Origin: Schizochytrium sp. TIO01
Lineage: Eukaryota; Protista; Bigyra: Labyrinthulomycetes
DNA length: 64,000 nucleotides
NCBI GenBank assembly: GCA_004764695.1
Contig: SMSO01000004.1
Span: forward strand, 2,232,001-2,296,000
Direction of reading: 5' to 3'
Positions 60,606 to 64,000 of the stretch are shown piece by piece. The notes under the pieces were generated by a model. It had not been told where the DNA came from. It worked only from the letters and a program-made list of their open reading frames with translations, and ran no database searches. The position numbers and the translations under genes are program-made. Numbering within the stretch: position 1 is the stretch's first letter; each line of letters starts with the position of its first letter.

Positions 60606-63600
60606 ATGCGAGCCCCTCAGAGATGGTTTGCCCCTACTCTTGCTGCTCTAGTAGCGATAATTTACATGGTAAAGGCTGACAAACCTGCTGAAGGCCTTGC
60701 TCAGAATCTAGCAACTGATTTTGAAACTGCAGCATCTATAGATAGCCGGAAACTCTTTACATTGGCTGCGAATGGTCCCGGAAAGGGCGGTCATAGAGTT
60801 GTGAAAGACCGAAAACTATCGTCATCCAAAAATAACAACAACAATGGCAACAACAATGGCAACAACAATGGCAACAACAATGGCAACAACAATGGCAACA
60901 ACAATGGCAACAACAATGGCAACAACAATGGCAATAAAAAGTCACCCACGCCAAGACCCACGCCAAAACCTACGGAACTTCCAACCACAAGCCCAACCTC
61001 CCTAAGCCCAACGCAAAGCCCGACTCAAAGCCCAACCAAGCTTTTTACAAGTGGTTCATACAATGCTGATCTCTGCAACTGCAATAATGCTACAATCAGA
61101 ATTAGATGTGACAATAAGCTTCAGTTCCGCCAATACGAATTGACGGATGACGCTTATGTCGAAGAGCCTAGCGAACGCACTGGTGATTGGGATTTGGAGA
61201 ACTGGCGAGAGACGTTCACTACAGTTGTCGATCTTTCTGGTAAGACCCATTTGGAATTCGAATGCAAAGATGTTTCCGATGTCGGAGGCTTTGTGGCAGA
61301 AATTGAGGCTTGCGGATACCGGTTCATCACAGATGAAAGTGTTACTATTGAAAGTGACCCCAGCCCATATGAATGGTTTATCAACCCTGACAAGTCTGAC
61401 TCCTCATCTTCAACCCTTGTTTACGAGGCTATGGGCTCTGGTAAGTGGGGAAGTACTGGCAGCGGACTCAAAGATGAAGATACATTTTGGGTTTGGAATG
61501 ACAACAACCTCAATACCATGACATTTGGTTTCAATTTGGAATGCCCTAGTGATGAGTGCACCTCTGCAACAATTAAGGCTCGGTGTGACAATTATCTGCA
61601 ATTTCGACAATACGAATTGTCCGACGACAGCTTATTTGTGGAATTAGCGAGCGATCGTACAGGAGAATGGGACATCACAGAATGGGAAAACACATTCACT
61701 AAAACTATCAATTTGACTGATAACACACATCTTGAATTCGAATGTAAAGATGACGGTTCTACTGGAGGCTTTCAAGCCGTGATTGATGCATGTGGAACAC
61801 GATATTTAACGAACGGATCCACAGTAATTAATGCAAACCCTGATTCTTTAGAGTGGTACATCGAACCAACTCTAACAGATGCATCTTCAAAAGATTTAGT
61901 GTATACTCAGAATGGTAACGGTGGCTGGGGTCTACCAGCTGAGGGTCTGACTGATACAGATGTATACTGGGTGTGGAACGGGGAGACTTATAACACGATG
62001 ACATTTGCCTTTAACTTCGGACGGGCTCGCTATTTTACAAATGCTCCAACAACTCCTTCGCCCACTGATGCACCTACGAACGCTCCAACAACTCCTTCGC
62101 CTACGAATGCACCTACGAATGCTCCAACAACTCCTTCGCCCACTGATGCACCTACGAATGCTCCAACAACTCCTTCGCCCACTGATGCACCTACGAATGC
62201 TCCAACAACTCCTTCGCCTACGAATGCACCTACGAATGCTCCAACAACTCCTTCGCCTACGAATGCACCTACGAATGCTCCAACAACTCCTTCGCCTACG
62301 AATGCACCAACGAACGCTCCAACAACTCCTTCGCCTACGAATGCACCTACGAATGCTCCAACAACTCCTTCGCCCACTGATGCACCTACGAATGCTCCAA
62401 CAACTCCTTCGCCCACTGATGCACCTACGAATGCTCCAACAACTCCTTCGCCTACGAATGCACCTACGAATGCTCCAACAACTCCTTCGCCTACGAATGC
62501 ACCTACGAATGCTCCAACAACTCCTTCGCCTACGAATGCACCTACGAATGCTCCAACAACTCCTTCGCCCACTGATGCACCTACAGAAGTGCGAGTATCG
62601 GAGACTGACACGAATTCTCCAACTTCAGCTCCAACACTTGCAAGATGTGATATCACCAAAGTTCAACTGTCCGGTGGTAAAACACTGTCAACTGAAAAAG
62701 GGGTCGGGAGTATTGATGCTTGCCGTGAGCTTTGTATCGGCGTAGATCAATGTACGGGCTATTCGTGGAACTCAAAGAGCAAGGTATGCTTGCTCAAATC
62801 TGGGACTTTTAAGCTGAAGAAAAACAAGAAATCAATCGCAGGCACCTTTGTTTGCCCTTCGCCAAGTTCTTGTTATTCACAATTCTACATGTACAATGGA
62901 GCGTCTCTCCTTAAGACAGGTAACATCGCCTCCGTAGAAGAGTGCGCAGAGATTTGTTACAGTACTTCTAGTTGTGTAGCTTGGGTATATCAAGCAAGTA
63001 AAGAAATGTGCTCTCTTCGTAAGAGCGCTGGTAAGAAAAAATCTACAACTGCTGATTTCATCACTGGTCTTACGGCAGGGTGTACTCCAACCGCATCTCC
63101 TACCTCCTCTCCCACTGAAGACTCTTCTTCAACTTCTGATGACGGCACCATAGCACCCACTGCGGCACCAACACTCAATTCATATGGGTTTTCTGTCATC
63201 CCGTGTGGCCCAAAGGTCAATGATGTATTGTTCATTTTGGACTCTTCTGGTTCCGTGAGCAGTACAGAATGGGCCCAGTTAACAGAGTTTATCCAGGCTC
63301 TCGGAAGTGCGTTTCAGGTCGGTTCTACTAGCTCGGACTCTCGCCTGGCAGCTGTTCGTTTTGCCAGTAGTGTGACTACTTTGTGGGATTTTGATTCAAC
63401 GATTGCTACTTCACAAAGTCTGTTTCAAACTACCATGGAGACAGTACCCAGAGTGAGCTCTGGCACTGGTACTGGCGGTGCGTTAATCAGGGCACAGAAA
63501 ATCTTTGCGAACACCGAAATTCGTTCTGGACTTGATCGAAGGGTCGCAATTATTCTTACAGATGGAAATCCCACCAAAAATACCGATTGCAAGGCTAACG

Positions 63601-63842
63601 GGTACCCGAAGAACCCCAAAACGTGTGCCAAGAAGGCAGCTGCAGATTTACGTAAGGGTGCTGACGGGATTCTTGGAACCGATGATGACGTATATCTGGT
63701 TTTTGTGCGCATAGGAAACGGAGTCAATGCCGCAGCATTTGGATCGGTCGAGGACCTCCAAGTTCAAGCAGATGCAGATGGTCTGATGTCAATTTCTGAT
63801 GAAATCATCTCTGACGTGTGTGACATTGACTCTTCATCCTAA
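60606..63842 (+). CDS. Secreted mosaic adhesin-like glycoprotein: signal peptide, (NNNG)8, two tandem beta-rich (possibly lectin) domains, mucin-like repeat, two PAN/apple domains, C-terminal VWA domain
   Basis: Signal peptide MRAPQRWFAPTLAALVAIIYMVKA; duplicated ATI..RCDN.LQFRQYEL...THLEFECKD...GGF domains; PAN patterns CRELC..C..YSW....CLLK and CAEIC...CVAWVY....CSLR; VWA DVLFILDSSGS, TGTGGAL, IILTDG. No C-terminal TM segment. Confidence 0.92.
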   Translation: MRAPQRWFAPTLAALVAIIYMVKADKPAEGLAQNLATDFETAASIDSRKLFTLAANGPGKGGHRVVKDRKLSSSKNNNNNGNNNGNNNGNNNGNNNGNNNGNNNGNNNGNKKSPTPRPTPKPTELPTTSPTSLSPTQSPTQSPTKLFTSGSYNADLCNCNNATIRIRCDNKLQFRQYELTDDAYVEEPSERTGDWDLENWRETFTTVVDLSGKTHLEFECKDVSDVGGFVAEIEACGYRFITDESVTIESDPSPYEWFINPDKSDSSSSTLVYEAMGSGKWGSTGSGLKDEDTFWVWNDNNLNTMTFGFNLECPSDECTSATIKARCDNYLQFRQYELSDDSLFVELASDRTGEWDITEWENTFTKTINLTDNTHLEFECKDDGSTGGFQAVIDACGTRYLTNGSTVINANPDSLEWYIEPTLTDASSKDLVYTQNGNGGWGLPAEGLTDTDVYWVWNGETYNTMTFAFNFGRARYFTNAPTTPSPTDAPTNAPTTPSPTNAPTNAPTTPSPTDAPTNAPTTPSPTDAPTNAPTTPSPTNAPTNAPTTPSPTNAPTNAPTTPSPTNAPTNAPTTPSPTNAPTNAPTTPSPTDAPTNAPTTPSPTDAPTNAPTTPSPTNAPTNAPTTPSPTNAPTNAPTTPSPTNAPTNAPTTPSPTDAPTEVRVSETDTNSPTSAPTLARCDITKVQLSGGKTLSTEKGVGSIDACRELCIGVDQCTGYSWNSKSKVCLLKSGTFKLKKNKKSIAGTFVCPSPSSCYSQFYMYNGASLLKTGNIASVEECAEICYSTSSCVAWVYQASKEMCSLRKSAGKKKSTTADFITGLTAGCTPTASPTSSPTEDSSSTSDDGTIAPTAAPTLNSYGFSVIPCGPKVNDVLFILDSSGSVSSTEWAQLTEFIQALGSAFQVGSTSSDSRLAAVRFASSVTTLWDFDSTIATSQSLFQTTMETVPRVSSGTGTGGALIRAQKIFANTEIRSGLDRRVAIILTDGNPTKNTDCKANGYPKNPKTCAKKAAADLRKGADGILGTDDDVYLVFVRIGNGVNAAAFGSVEDLQVQADADGLMSISDEIISDVCDIDSSS
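60837..60932 (+). repeat. Coding 12-bp repeat (AACAACAATGGC)8 = NNNG
   Basis: Direct reading. Confidence 0.92.
62037..62582 (+). repeat. Coding 39-bp minisatellite x14 = TNAPTTPSPT(D/N)AP
   Basis: 14 near-identical units in two main variants (CCCACTGAT vs CCTACGAAT). Confidence 0.95.
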
Positions 63843-64000
63843 ACAGAAAACATTAAACCTAAAGTATATCTACTCTAATTTTGTTTTGTTTTTTCTGAAA
63901 ACAGGGAAAGCCTCTTTGAGAATCCATCAAACCAATACTGCAAAGTTATTCCAAAGAAATTTACTCTTGACACTGGTCACGTTGATTACCTCACGAATTT

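Noticed and set aside
62005-62745. 39-bp array as a CRISPR, and its alternative-frame ORFs
   Set aside because: No unique spacers and no cas genes; it is an in-frame coding repeat.
38668-63842. Rhomboid plus VWA/PAN adhesin as an apicomplexan-like shedding system
   Set aside because: The genes are 20 kb apart and the adhesin has no TM helix for rhomboid cleavage.

Overview
Eukaryotic, intron-poor genomic DNA with long microsatellite-rich intergenic spacers. A labyrinthulomycete/thraustochytrid-like protist is my inference from gene style only. About 13 protein genes are supported: a PH-like protein, a THUMP tRNA methyltransferase, an SDR, both subunits of a fungal-type (PFOR-fused, Met5/Met10-like) assimilatory sulfite reductase arranged head-to-head across an 11-kb spacer, an ALIX/BRO1 protein with a C-terminal UBA-like domain, a rhomboid protease, an O-fucosyltransferase-family GT, three adjacent co-oriented genes ending in PTS1-type tripeptides (ACAD10/11-type dehydrogenase -AKL, HIBCH -SKF, MDR/quinone oxidoreductase -SKL), an MFS transporter, and a secreted lectin/mucin/PAN/VWA mosaic protein. 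There are also two identical tRNA-Leu(CAG) genes and the first 14 codons of a gene at the left edge. Four single-base surpluses (+1 frameshifts) break three otherwise intact genes; they are most likely assembly errors but are testable. Outside the ORF track I found three copies of a ~1-kb decayed repeat and two copies of a ~210-230-bp solo-LTR-like element with TA..TA termini, one with a perfect 5-bp target-site duplication whose empty site is visible in the other repeat copies. The best candidates for undescribed biology are the linked, possibly membrane-anchored sulfite reductase pair and the putative peroxisomal acyl-CoA gene cluster.
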